The position numbers were made by a program, and so were the translations under genes. Below the pieces are notes generated by a model. It had not been told where the DNA came from and searched no databases. It saw nothing but the letters and a program-made list of their open reading frames with translations. From contig VAXT01000091.1 in NCBI GenBank assembly GCA_005883245.1, positions 1 through 28,451 of the forward strand: a DNA stretch of 28,451 bases. Direction: 5' to 3'. Shown here piece by piece: positions 1 to 8,423 of the stretch. This DNA comes from Actinomycetota bacterium. Its GTDB lineage: Bacteria > Actinomycetota > Thermoleophilia > Gaiellales > Gaiellaceae. Each line of letters opens with the position of its first letter. The first letter of the stretch is position 1.

Positions 1-308
1 CGGATCATCGCGTCCGCGATCTCGACCGCCCGGATCGACGAGGCGCAGACCTTGTTGACGGTGTCCGACCCAATCTCCTTCGGGACGCCGGCGCCGATCG
101 CTGCCTGGCGAGCCGGGGCCTGCCCCACTCCCGCCTGGAGCACCTCGCCCATGATCACGTACTCGACCTCTCCGGGCTCGAGAGCGGCACGTTCGAGCGC
201 GGCCTTGATCGCGATCGCGCCCAGCTCGGGCGCCTTGTAGCCGGCGAGCCCGCCGCCTAGCTTCCCGAACGGCGTGCGGGCCGTCGCGACGATGACGGAG
301 CGGCTCAT
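1..308 (-). CDS. Acetyl-CoA C-acyltransferase (thiolase), N-terminal part; runs off the window edge
   Basis: Manual translation from ATG at 308: MSRSVIVATARTPFGKLGGGLAGYKAPELGAIAIKAALERA...QAPARQAAIGAG...TVNKVCASSIRAV. It contains the thiolase RTPFG, ARQA and NKVC(A)S catalytic-Cys motifs. Not in the ORF track. Confidence 0.92.
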   Translation of the reverse strand, partial: MSRSVIVATARTPFGKLGGGLAGYKAPELGAIAIKAALERAALEPGEVEYVIMGEVLQAGVGQAPARQAAIGAGVPKEIGSDTVNKVCASSIRAVEIADAMI

Positions 309-359
309 GGCGTTGAGCGTAACAACGAGCGTCGAGCCCGCCGCGCGGCGCCCGAGGGG

Positions 360-390
360 CTCTGTAACTCCTGCTACGTTGGAGTTAGAG
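360..390 (+). promoter_or_regulatory. Inverted repeat overlapping the regulator's Shine-Dalgarno
   Basis: TAACTCC (365-371) / GGAGTTA (381-387), extendable by CTC/GAG; lies between the divergent thiolase and regulator starts. Confidence 0.4.
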
Positions 391-1083
391 ATGGATCACC
401 TGGCCGCAGTGGGCGACCCCGAGCTTCGCGAGGCGCTGCTCTTCGCGAGGAGCCACGCGCGCCCTGTGACCGCCGACGAGCTCGCCCACGAGAAGGGCTT
501 GCACCGAAACGTCGCGCGCTCCCGGCTGGAGCGGCTCGTCGAAGCTGGATTGCTCGCAGTCGGCTACGAGCGCCGCACCGGGCGCTCCGGCCCCGGCGCC
601 GGCCGGCCCGCGAAGACCTACTCGGTGGTGCCGCAGCTCGAGTCGATCGAGTTCCCGCTCGGTCGGGGCGAGTCACTCGCAGGCCTGCTCGTCGCAGCAC
701 TCGTCGCGCGGGGCGGCGAGAAGCCGCTACGTGACGTCGGCATCGAGTTCGGACGCGACCTCGCCCGGTCGGCGAAGCTCCGCCCAGCCAGGAGCCTCGA
801 GACCGGCTTCGAGCGAGTGTGCGCCGCGGTTCGACGCCTCGGCTACCAGGCCTCGCTCGAGCAGATCGGCGTCAAGGGCGCCGTCATCGCCACCCCCACG
901 TGCCCGCTACGCCCGCTCGTGCGGGCCCGGCCAGAAGCGGTGGAGATCGACCGTGGGATGTGGGCCTGCCTGGCGAGCTGTGCGCTGGACGGGGTCGAAG
1001 TCGGTCGGGTCCGGTGCGAGACGCGCGACTGCTTCGACGACCACGCTTCGTGCAAGGTCGTCTTCGAGTTGCGCAGACGTTGA
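391..1083 (+). CDS. Winged-HTH transcriptional regulator with Cys-rich C-terminal domain (SufR/COG2345-like)
   Basis: ORF 274..1083; ATG 391 chosen because GGAG precedes it. N-terminal HTH (ADELA..GLHRNVARSRLERLVEAGLL, GRPAKTY) and C-terminal TCPL...C..C...C...C...C. Confidence 0.75.
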   Translation: MDHLAAVGDPELREALLFARSHARPVTADELAHEKGLHRNVARSRLERLVEAGLLAVGYERRTGRSGPGAGRPAKTYSVVPQLESIEFPLGRGESLAGLLVAALVARGGEKPLRDVGIEFGRDLARSAKLRPARSLETGFERVCAAVRRLGYQASLEQIGVKGAVIATPTCPLRPLVRARPEAVEIDRGMWACLASCALDGVEVGRVRCETRDCFDDHASCKVVFELRRR

Positions 1084-1085
1084 GT

Positions 1086-1114
1086 TTCTAAATACCGTTA
1101 TCTGGTATAAAGAA
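1086..1114. promoter_or_regulatory. AT-rich imperfect palindrome (putative operator) upstream of the methyltransferase
   Basis: TTCTAAATACC-N7-GGTATAAAGAA, 9 of 11 positions complementary; an AT-rich island in GC-rich DNA, overlapping a TATAAA hexamer. Confidence 0.55.
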
Positions 1115-1121
1115 CTCCGAC

Positions 1122-1709
1122 ATGCAACCCGCGACGGCCAAGTTCGGCAGCCTCGAGCTCGTCACGAGCCCGTCGGTCATGACCCCTCGCGAGACGAGCA
1201 CAGGACTGGTCGCCTGTGTTGCCGACCACCTCGAGGACCGGCCTGGAGTCGTCGTCGACGTCGGCACCGGCTCCGGCGCGATCGCGCTGGCCGTCGCCCA
1301 GGCAGCGCCGCACGCGGCCGTCTGGGCGACGGACGTCAGCTCCGCCGCCGTGGAGCTGGCCAGGCTGAACGCGCGCCGGGCCGGGCTCGAAGACCGGGTG
1401 ACCGTTCGTCACGGGAACCTGCTCGACCCATTCCCAGGGGCTGCCGACGTGATCGTCGCCAACCTGCCATACCTTCCGATCACGGAGCGACGGCGCTATC
1501 CCGAGCTCGATCGCGAGCCCGTGAACGCGGTCTTCGCGGACGGCGACGGGCTCGGGCTCGTCCGCCGGCTCGTCGCCGCCGCGCGCAGACGCCTCGCGCC
1601 GGACGGACTGCTCGCGCTCCAGGTCCGCGGCCGGATCCACTCCGCGCGCCGGCCTGAGCTGCAAGCCCTCGAGCACCTGCTGGCTTACCCGGCAGCGATC
1701 GCCGCTTAG
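1122..1709 (+). CDS. SAM-dependent methyltransferase, HemK/PrmC-like catalytic domain without the N-terminal domain
   Basis: MTPRE motif, VDVGTGSGAIA SAM-binding motif, ANLPY (cf. NPPY), GDGL; only 195 aa. Confidence 0.8.
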   Translation: MQPATAKFGSLELVTSPSVMTPRETSTGLVACVADHLEDRPGVVVDVGTGSGAIALAVAQAAPHAAVWATDVSSAAVELARLNARRAGLEDRVTVRHGNLLDPFPGAADVIVANLPYLPITERRRYPELDREPVNAVFADGDGLGLVRRLVAAARRRLAPDGLLALQVRGRIHSARRPELQALEHLLAYPAAIAA

Positions 1710-1779
1710 ACCCCGTCCGGGGCACCGGTACGATCAGTGGGCGCGCCGCCGGTGCGTAGTTCCTCATGCGGCAACACCG

Positions 1780-3495
1780 ATGATCAAGCTCCCCTTCACA
1801 GACCCAGGAAATCCGGACACCCGGTCGCCGCTGCGTTTTCTGCTCTGGATCGCACGGCTCCAGTGGACGACCCTGCTCGCAGGGATCACCTTCGGCGTGA
1901 TCTGGATGGTCTCGCAGGCGCTCATGCCCGCGGCGATCGGGCAGGCGATCCAGCAGGGAATCGTCGACAGCGACAACCAGGCGCTCCTCCAGTGGTCGCT
2001 GATCCTGCTCGGGCTCGGCGCCACCACGGCCGCAGCGGGCGTGATGCGACACCGCTGCGCGGTCTCCAACTGGCTGCAGGCCTCCTTCCGCATGGCCCAG
2101 ATCGTGGCGCACCACGCCGCGCGCACCGGGCCCGCGATCAAGAAGGGTCACTCGACGGGAGAGGTCGTCGCCACGGTCTCGAACGACGCGATGCGAGCGG
2201 GTGGCGCGTTCGACATCACCGCGCGGCTGGCCGGAGCGATCGTCTCGTACATCGTCGTCGCGATCATCCTGCTCTCCTCGTCCGTGGTGCTCGGGCTCGT
2301 CGTCCTGCTCGGCGTGCCCATGCTCGTCCTGCTCATGGGCTTCGTGATCAAGCCGCTCCAGGCGCGCCAGGCCGACCAGCGCGAAGAGGTCGGCAAGCTG
2401 ACCGCGCTCGGCGCCGACACAGCCGCGGGGCTTCGCGTCCTGCGGGGGATCGGCGGCGAGCAGGCGTTCTTCTCGCGCTACCGCACGCGCTCGCAGGAGG
2501 TCCGCCAGGCGGGCGTTCGCGTCGCTCTCCCGCAGTCCACGCTCGACGCGGCCCAGGTGTTCATTCCGGGGCTCTTCGTCGTCCTCGTCACCTGGCTCGG
2601 CGCGCGCTTCGCCGTCGAGGGGAAGATCGACCCGGGCGAGCTCGTCGCCTTCTACGGGTACGCGGCGTTCCTCGTGTTGCCGCTGCGGACGGCGGCGGAG
2701 GCGGTCGACAAGCTGACGCGGTCGTTCGTCGGCGCGCAGCGGATGCTCCGGATCCTCGCGGTCAAGTCCGACATCGCCGAGTCGGCACGTCCCATGCCCG
2801 AGCCCCCGGCCCTCGTCCCGCTCCACGATCACGGGTCGGGACTTCGCGTCGAGCCCGGGCGCCTGATCGGGCTCGTCTCCGCGCAGCCCGACGAGGCGGC
2901 GGCCATCGCCGACCGCCTGGGCCGCTTCGGCGACCACGACGGCGTCCACCTCGGCAACATCCCGCTCACGGAGCTCTCGATCGACGCCGTGCGCCGTCGG
3001 ATCGTCGTCAGCGAGGCCGACCCGGTCATCTTCTCCGGGACGTTGCGGCGCGAGCTCGACCCCTGGGAGCGCGCGGACGGAGACGACGAGCGGATCCACA
3101 GCGCGATCGCGGTCGCCAATGCAGAGGACGTCGTCGAGGCGCTCCCCGATGGTCTGGACGCCTACGTGGACGAGCGCGGCCGCTCCTTCTCGGGCGGGCA
3201 GCGACAGCGGCTCGTGCTCGCGCGCGCGCTTCTCTCCGAAGCGGAGGTTCTCGTCCTCGTCGAGCCGACAAGCGCCGTCGACGCGCACACCGAGGCTCGC
3301 ATCGCCCGCCGCCTCCGGGAGGCGAGGGCCGGCAAGACGACGGTCGTGATCACCGCCAGCCCGCTGATGCTCGACCAGACGGACCGTGTCTTCTTCGTCG
3401 ATGGCGGACGGGTGGTCGCGGAGGGAAGCCATCGCGAGCTTCTGTCCGCGCACGAGGGCTACCGCTGGACCGTGACGCGAGGTGAGGACCTGTGA
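1780..3495 (+). CDS. ABC exporter fused TMD-NBD subunit (degenerate Walker A/B)
   Basis: N-terminal TM helices; SGGQRQR signature; Walker B LVLVEPTSAVD; no GxxGxGKS motif. Confidence 0.9.
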   Translation: MIKLPFTDPGNPDTRSPLRFLLWIARLQWTTLLAGITFGVIWMVSQALMPAAIGQAIQQGIVDSDNQALLQWSLILLGLGATTAAAGVMRHRCAVSNWLQASFRMAQIVAHHAARTGPAIKKGHSTGEVVATVSNDAMRAGGAFDITARLAGAIVSYIVVAIILLSSSVVLGLVVLLGVPMLVLLMGFVIKPLQARQADQREEVGKLTALGADTAAGLRVLRGIGGEQAFFSRYRTRSQEVRQAGVRVALPQSTLDAAQVFIPGLFVVLVTWLGARFAVEGKIDPGELVAFYGYAAFLVLPLRTAAEAVDKLTRSFVGAQRMLRILAVKSDIAESARPMPEPPALVPLHDHGSGLRVEPGRLIGLVSAQPDEAAAIADRLGRFGDHDGVHLGNIPLTELSIDAVRRRIVVSEADPVIFSGTLRRELDPWERADGDDERIHSAIAVANAEDVVEALPDGLDAYVDERGRSFSGGQRQRLVLARALLSEAEVLVLVEPTSAVDAHTEARIARRLREARAGKTTVVITASPLMLDQTDRVFFVDGGRVVAEGSHRELLSAHEGYRWTVTRGEDL

Positions 3496-5234
3496 ACGAG
3501 CTGCTCCCGATCGCAGCCGGCGACGAGCTGCGCGCTCAGGCGAAGCGGCTCGGACGCCGCAACCGGCGGGCGCTGCTCGGGATGGTCGGCCTGCACGCCG
3601 CCGCCGCCACCGCGGGCCTCGCCGGGCCGCCGGTGCTCGGCGCGCTCGTCCAGTCAGTCCAGCAGGGCACGACGACGAAGCACGTGGACGAGATCGTCGG
3701 CCTGCTCGCGATCTTCCTCGTAGTCGAGACGATCCTGACCTGGTTCGCGCGCCGGGCGTCGTTCGTGCTCTCGGAGAAGATCTTCGCCGAGTTGCGGGAG
3801 GACTTCATGCGCCGCGTGCTGGCGCTCCCGCTCTCGACCGTCGAGCGTGCCGGAACCGGCGATCTCGTCTCGCGGACGACCGCCGACGTCGACTCGCTCG
3901 CGCGCACCGTCCGCTTCGCCGTTCCGGAGACGCTCATCGCGGGGATCACGACCCTGCTCACGGTGGTCGCCGCGATCTGGGTCAATGCGCTCGCCGCCCT
4001 GCCGGCGCTGGCCGGCGTTCCGCTGCTCTTCTTCAGCACGCGCTGGTACCTGAAGCGGGCCCCCGCCGGCTACCTGTGGGAGCGCGCTTCGTACGCAACC
4101 CTGGCGGGCACCGTCAGCGAGACGGTCGAGGGCGGCCGCACGGTCGACGCCCTCAACCTGCGGGAGAAGCGCGTCAAGCGGATTGACGACGATCTCGACA
4201 ACGCCTACCGCGCAGAGATGCGCACGCTCTTCCTGCGGACGGTCTGGTTCCCGACCGCCGAGTTCGCGTACGTGCTCCCGGTCGCGACCGCGCTCGCCTG
4301 GGGCGGCTACCTCGTCTCGCAGGGCCAGGCCACAATCGGCGAAGTGACGGCCGTCTCGCTGTACATGGTCAAGCTCGCCGACCCGGTCGACCGGCTCATC
4401 TCGTGGTTGGACGAGATCCAGGTCGGCGCGACGTCGTTCGCGCGCCTCGTTGGGATCGTTCGCGTCCCGCCCGATCGCGAGGCGAAGGACGACGAGCCTG
4501 AGAACGAGCGCATGCGCGCCGAAGACGTGCGCTACGCGTACTACGCGGATCGAGACGTCCTGCACGGGATCGACCTCGACCTCGAGCCGGGCGAGCGCGT
4601 CGCGGTCGTCGGGCCCTCGGGCGCGGGCAAGTCGACGCTCGGGCGCCTGCTCGCCGGGATCCACCCGCCGCGCGAGGGCCTCGTCGAGGTCGGCGGCGTG
4701 CGGCTCGTCGACCTCCCGCTGGACACGCTGCGCAAGAAGGTCGCGCTCGTCACGCAGGAGCAGCATGTGTTCGTCGGGACGCTGGCCGAGAACCTGCGGC
4801 TCGCGCGGCCGGAGGCGACGGACGAGCAGCTCGTCGATGCACTCGCCGCGGTGGACGCGCTCGACTGGGTGCAGGTCCTGCCCGAGCGCCTGAATACCGT
4901 CGTCGGCGCCGGCGGCCACCCGTTGACGCCCGCTCAGGCCCAGCAGGTCGCGCTCGCGCGGCTCGTGCTCGCCGACCCGCACACGCTCGTCCTCGACGAG
5001 GCCACGTCGCTGCTCGACCCGCGCGCCGCACGTCATCTCGAGCGCTCGCTTGCCTCGGTGCTCGAGGGGCGCACCGTGGTCGCGATCGCGCACCGCCTGC
5101 ACACGGCGCACGACGCTGACCGGGTGGCGGTGGTCGAAGACGGGCTGCTCGAGGAGGTCGGAACGCACGCGGAGCTCGTCGAGCAGGGCGGTTCGTACGC
5201 CGCGCTCTGGGACTCCTGGCACGGCGATCGCTGA
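3492..5234 (+). CDS. ABC exporter fused TMD-NBD subunit (heterodimer partner)
   Basis: GTGA overlap with upstream gene; Walker A GPSGAGKST; Walker B LVLDEATS; H-loop IAHRL; signature degenerate (LTPAQ). Confidence 0.92.
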   Translation: MNELLPIAAGDELRAQAKRLGRRNRRALLGMVGLHAAAATAGLAGPPVLGALVQSVQQGTTTKHVDEIVGLLAIFLVVETILTWFARRASFVLSEKIFAELREDFMRRVLALPLSTVERAGTGDLVSRTTADVDSLARTVRFAVPETLIAGITTLLTVVAAIWVNALAALPALAGVPLLFFSTRWYLKRAPAGYLWERASYATLAGTVSETVEGGRTVDALNLREKRVKRIDDDLDNAYRAEMRTLFLRTVWFPTAEFAYVLPVATALAWGGYLVSQGQATIGEVTAVSLYMVKLADPVDRLISWLDEIQVGATSFARLVGIVRVPPDREAKDDEPENERMRAEDVRYAYYADRDVLHGIDLDLEPGERVAVVGPSGAGKSTLGRLLAGIHPPREGLVEVGGVRLVDLPLDTLRKKVALVTQEQHVFVGTLAENLRLARPEATDEQLVDALAAVDALDWVQVLPERLNTVVGAGGHPLTPAQAQQVALARLVLADPHTLVLDEATSLLDPRAARHLERSLASVLEGRTVVAIAHRLHTAHDADRVAVVEDGLLEEVGTHAELVEQGGSYAALWDSWHGDR

Positions 5235-5308
5235 GCGCCCGTCCCTCGTTAGGGCCTGTCCCTTGTGAGGCCTCGTCGGCGGCGAGCAGGCGCTCTAGGG
5301 TCCCCGCT

Positions 5309-6769
5309 CTAGGCTGCCCGGTCCTCGAACGCTGGCTCGCCGACCGGAGCTTCTTCGTGTCCGGGCATCGGCTGGTTGCGGAGGAGCAGCCCTCCGATCG
5401 CGGCTGCACCCATCGCGAACAGCGCACCGACGAGGAACGCGAGGTGGTAGCCCCCGGTCAGAGCGCTCGCCTGCGACTCACCCGCGTCGAGCAGGTTCGC
5501 CGTACGCGAGTCCGCGACGCTCGCCAGGACTGCAAGGCCGACCGCGCCGCCCATCATGAACGAGGTGTTGACGATCCCCGACGCGAGTCCCGCTTCCTCC
5601 GGGGCGACGTCGCTCATCGCGGCCAGCAGCACCGGGTTGAAGGCCATGCCGGCGCCGAAGCCGAGCAGGATCATGCTCGGGAGGATGTCGACTACAAAGG
5701 TGCCGTCGACCGGCGCCCGCGTGAAGAGCAGGAGCCCGACGGCGGCGAGGCCGAGGCCGGTCGCCAGCGGGGCCCTGAACCCGAACCGCATCACGAGCTT
5801 CGCGGACAGGCCGATCGAGAACGCGGCCATGATCAGGTTCGCCGGCAGGAACGCGAGCCCGATCTCGAGCGGGCTGTATCCGAGCACGAGCTGCATGTAG
5901 AGCGCCGACATGAAGAACCACGCGAACATCGCGGCTGCCCAGAGCACGCCGACCACGTCGGCCGTCGCCATGTTGCGCAGCCGGAAGAGCCGGAGCGGCA
6001 TCAACGGAGACGAGTTGCGGGTCTCGATGAAAAGGAAGGTCACGAGCAAGGCTCCGGACAGGCCGAGCAGGCCGAGCGTCCGGAACGTCGCCCACCCGAT
6101 CTCGTTCCCGTTGACGATCGCGTAGACGGCGATTATCAGTGCGGCGGTCACGGTCACCGCTCCCGGGATGTCGAGGCGCTTGCTCGCCGTCGGCAGGTGC
6201 GATTTCGGCAGCAACCGAAGCGAGAGCAGGACGACGAGCGCTCCGATGGGCACGTTGACGAGGAAGATCCAGTGCCAGCTGATGAGGTCGGTGATGATTC
6301 CGCCGAGGAGGACTCCGATGCTCCCGCCGCCGGCCGCGACGAACCCGAAGATGCCCATCGCCTTCGCGCGCTCACCGGGATCGGTGAAGAGATTGACCAT
6401 CAGGGAGAGCGAGACCGCCGATGCGACCGCGCCGCCGAGCCCCTGCACGCTGCGTGCGACGACGAGGGAGCCCTGCGACGTCGCCAGGCCGCACGCGAGC
6501 GACGCCAGCGTGAACACGCTGATCCCGATCAGGAACAGACGCCCGTGGCCGTAGAGGTCGCCGAGCCTGCCGCCCAGCAACAGGAAGCCGCCGTACGTGA
6601 GTAGATAGGCGTTCACCACCCACGCGAGCGACGTGTCGCTGAAGCCAAGGTCGTCCTTGATCGACGGCAACGCGACTCCGACGATCGTGACGTCGAGCAC
6701 GATCATCAGGCTCGCAAGACAGAGGACGTACAGGGCGAGCCAGCGGGTTCGGGCGTCGAGTTCGGTCAT
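5309..6769 (-). CDS. DHA2 (EmrB/QacA-like) 14-TMS MFS efflux permease
   Basis: LDVTIVGVALPSI, WVVNAYLLTYGGFLLLGGRLGDLYG, WHWIFLVNVPIG motifs; 486 aa, hydrophobic. Confidence 0.92.
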   Translation of the reverse strand: MTELDARTRWLALYVLCLASLMIVLDVTIVGVALPSIKDDLGFSDTSLAWVVNAYLLTYGGFLLLGGRLGDLYGHGRLFLIGISVFTLASLACGLATSQGSLVVARSVQGLGGAVASAVSLSLMVNLFTDPGERAKAMGIFGFVAAGGGSIGVLLGGIITDLISWHWIFLVNVPIGALVVLLSLRLLPKSHLPTASKRLDIPGAVTVTAALIIAVYAIVNGNEIGWATFRTLGLLGLSGALLVTFLFIETRNSSPLMPLRLFRLRNMATADVVGVLWAAAMFAWFFMSALYMQLVLGYSPLEIGLAFLPANLIMAAFSIGLSAKLVMRFGFRAPLATGLGLAAVGLLLFTRAPVDGTFVVDILPSMILLGFGAGMAFNPVLLAAMSDVAPEEAGLASGIVNTSFMMGGAVGLAVLASVADSRTANLLDAGESQASALTGGYHLAFLVGALFAMGAAAIGGLLLRNQPMPGHEEAPVGEPAFEDRAA

Positions 6770-6782
6770 TCCTTGGCGAACC

Positions 6783-6812
6783 CGATGAATTTCACTCGGC
6801 TGTGTCGTCGTA
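6783..6812 (+). promoter_or_regulatory. Putative ECF56/SigG-type promoter upstream of the STAS gene
   Basis: CGATGA (6783-6788)-N18-GTCGTA (6807-6812); ATG at 6824. Same architecture at 19128 and 24564. Confidence 0.65.
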
Positions 6813-6823
6813 TCGGCAGCGAC

Positions 6824-7015
6824 ATGAATGACTACGTGTGCGACCTCAGCGGCGCGCGACCGACCGCCGCCACGGTCGACTCCCTCGCGCGGCTCGCCCT
6901 CCTGCTCCGGCGCGAGGGCTCACGGCTCGTTCTCCGGCACGCCTCGCCCGAGATCGTCGAGCTGATCGCGTTCATGGGAATGAGCGACGTGCTACGAGTC
7001 GATCCGCGCGGGTAG
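6824..7015 (+). CDS. Small STAS-domain protein
   Basis: MNDYVCDLSGARPTAATVDSLARLALLLRREGSRLVLRHASPEIVELIAFMGMSDVL, a minimal STAS pattern; start 6824 is in frame with ORF 6773 and just after the promoter motif. Confidence 0.7.
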   Translation: MNDYVCDLSGARPTAATVDSLARLALLLRREGSRLVLRHASPEIVELIAFMGMSDVLRVDPRG

Positions 7016-7948
7016 ACCGAAGAGCGGGAACAGCGTCTCGGTCTCGAGGAAGAACGTGAGCTCGACGATCTTGCCGTCCTCGATCTCGAGCACCTGGAGC
7101 GCCCACGGGTCGTAGCCGCTGCCCGTCTCGCTCGGCTTGTACTGGCCGAACGCGGGCGCGCCGTTGGCGGACACCGTGGGGATCATCTTCGAGCCCTTGC
7201 AGCCGATGCCCGGGCCGTACCACCACGCAAAGATGTCGTCGCGGCCGCGCAGCCACATGTCGAACGGAGGCATCGACTGCGTCGCGTCCTCCTGGATCAG
7301 GGCCACGAGCGCGTCCATGTCGTACTGCTCGAACGCCTCGACGTAGCGCGCGAGGAGCTCGGCGTCGGCCTTGTCGACCGAGCGCGACGCGTCGGCCAGG
7401 TCGAGCTTGCTCTCCTCGAGCGTGGCCCGCGCCCTCTGGAGCGCGCTGTTCACCGACGCGACGCTCGTGTCGAGCAGCTCCGCGACCTCGCCTGCCTTCC
7501 AGCGCAGGACCTCGCAGAGGATCAGGACGGCGCGCTGGCGCGGCGGAAGGTGCTGGAGGGCGGCGACGAGCGCCAGCCGGATCGTCTCGTTCGACTCGGC
7601 AACGACTGCGGGGTCGGGGATCGGCTGCACCCAGGTCGCCTCCGGCAGCGAGTTCAAGCTCTCCTCGACCGGCTCGCGCGAGGGGCCGAGGTCCATCGGG
7701 CGGGCACGCCGCTCGCGCCCGCTCAGCATGTCGAGGCAGACGTTCGTCGCGATCTTGTAGAGCCACGAGCGGAGCTGCGCGCGCCCCTCGAAGCGGTCGA
7801 TGGCACGCCAGGCGCGGATGAACGTCTCCTGGACGGCGTCCTCCGCCTCGAACGGCGACGCGAGCATGCGGTAGCAGTGCGCGGTCAGCTCTCCGCGGTA
7901 CTGCTCGAACTGTGCCTCCAGCTCCTGGGCGGCGGGGCTCGTCTGCAC
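6992..7948 (-). CDS. ECF sigma-70 factor with C-terminal SnoaL-like extension (ECF56/SigG-like)
   Basis: Region 2 HCYRMLASPFEAEDAVQETFIRAW...RSWLYKIATNVCLD; region 4 LPPRQRAVLIL..VLRW...SVNSALQRAR; C-terminal YVEAFE.YD..ALV...DAT.SMPP extension. Confidence 0.9.
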   Translation of the reverse strand: MQTSPAAQELEAQFEQYRGELTAHCYRMLASPFEAEDAVQETFIRAWRAIDRFEGRAQLRSWLYKIATNVCLDMLSGRERRARPMDLGPSREPVEESLNSLPEATWVQPIPDPAVVAESNETIRLALVAALQHLPPRQRAVLILCEVLRWKAGEVAELLDTSVASVNSALQRARATLEESKLDLADASRSVDKADAELLARYVEAFEQYDMDALVALIQEDATQSMPPFDMWLRGRDDIFAWWYGPGIGCKGSKMIPTVSANGAPAFGQYKPSETGSGYDPWALQVLEIEDGKIVELTFFLETETLFPLFGLPARIDS

Positions 7949-7957
7949 GTCTTCACC

Positions 7958-8416
7958 CTAGCCAACGAGCTCCATCACAAGGATCTCGATCTTCCCGAAC
8001 GTCTCGTCCTGCTCGGTCTCGGTGCCGACACGGGCGAAACCGCATTTCTCCAGTACCCGGATCGAGCCGATGTTCGTCGTCGCCACCTCCGCGTAGAGCG
8101 GTCGGATGGTGAGCTCCTCGACGAACTCGGCCAGCGCCCGGGTCGCAAGGCCGCGGCCCCAGAACTCCCTGCCGAGCCAGTAGCCGACCAGGCGCTTGCC
8201 CTCCCGCTCCCAGCTGCTGATGTTGCCGGCCACCTCGCCGTCGGAGACGATCGTCTGCACGATGAGCTCGTCGTCGTCCATGATCCTGTGCCAGTGCTCG
8301 AAGAACGCCTCGCGCTCCCTGGCCGGGAACGCGGCCATCTCCACGGCCTCGGGATCACGCTGCTGCTCGAAGAAGACCGGAAGGTCGTCCTCGATCACGT
8401 CACGCAGCACTGCCAT
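7958..8416 (-). CDS. GNAT family N-acetyltransferase (RimJ/RimL-like)
   Basis: VGYWLGREFWGRGLATRAL and NIGSIRVLEKCGF motifs. Confidence 0.9.
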   Translation of the reverse strand: MAVLRDVIEDDLPVFFEQQRDPEAVEMAAFPAREREAFFEHWHRIMDDDELIVQTIVSDGEVAGNISSWEREGKRLVGYWLGREFWGRGLATRALAEFVEELTIRPLYAEVATTNIGSIRVLEKCGFARVGTETEQDETFGKIEILVMELVG

Positions 8417-8423
8417 GGTCAGC

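Noticed and set aside
274-390. Upstream GTG start (274) for the HTH regulator
   Set aside because: It would overlap the divergent thiolase start and promoter; ATG 391 has an SD and begins the recognisable domain.
6782-6799. Palindrome CCGA-TGAA-T-TTCA-C-TCGG read as a second SigG-type promoter for the MFS gene
   Set aside because: The minus-strand copy has an extra base (CGAGTGA) and no GTC at the required spacing.
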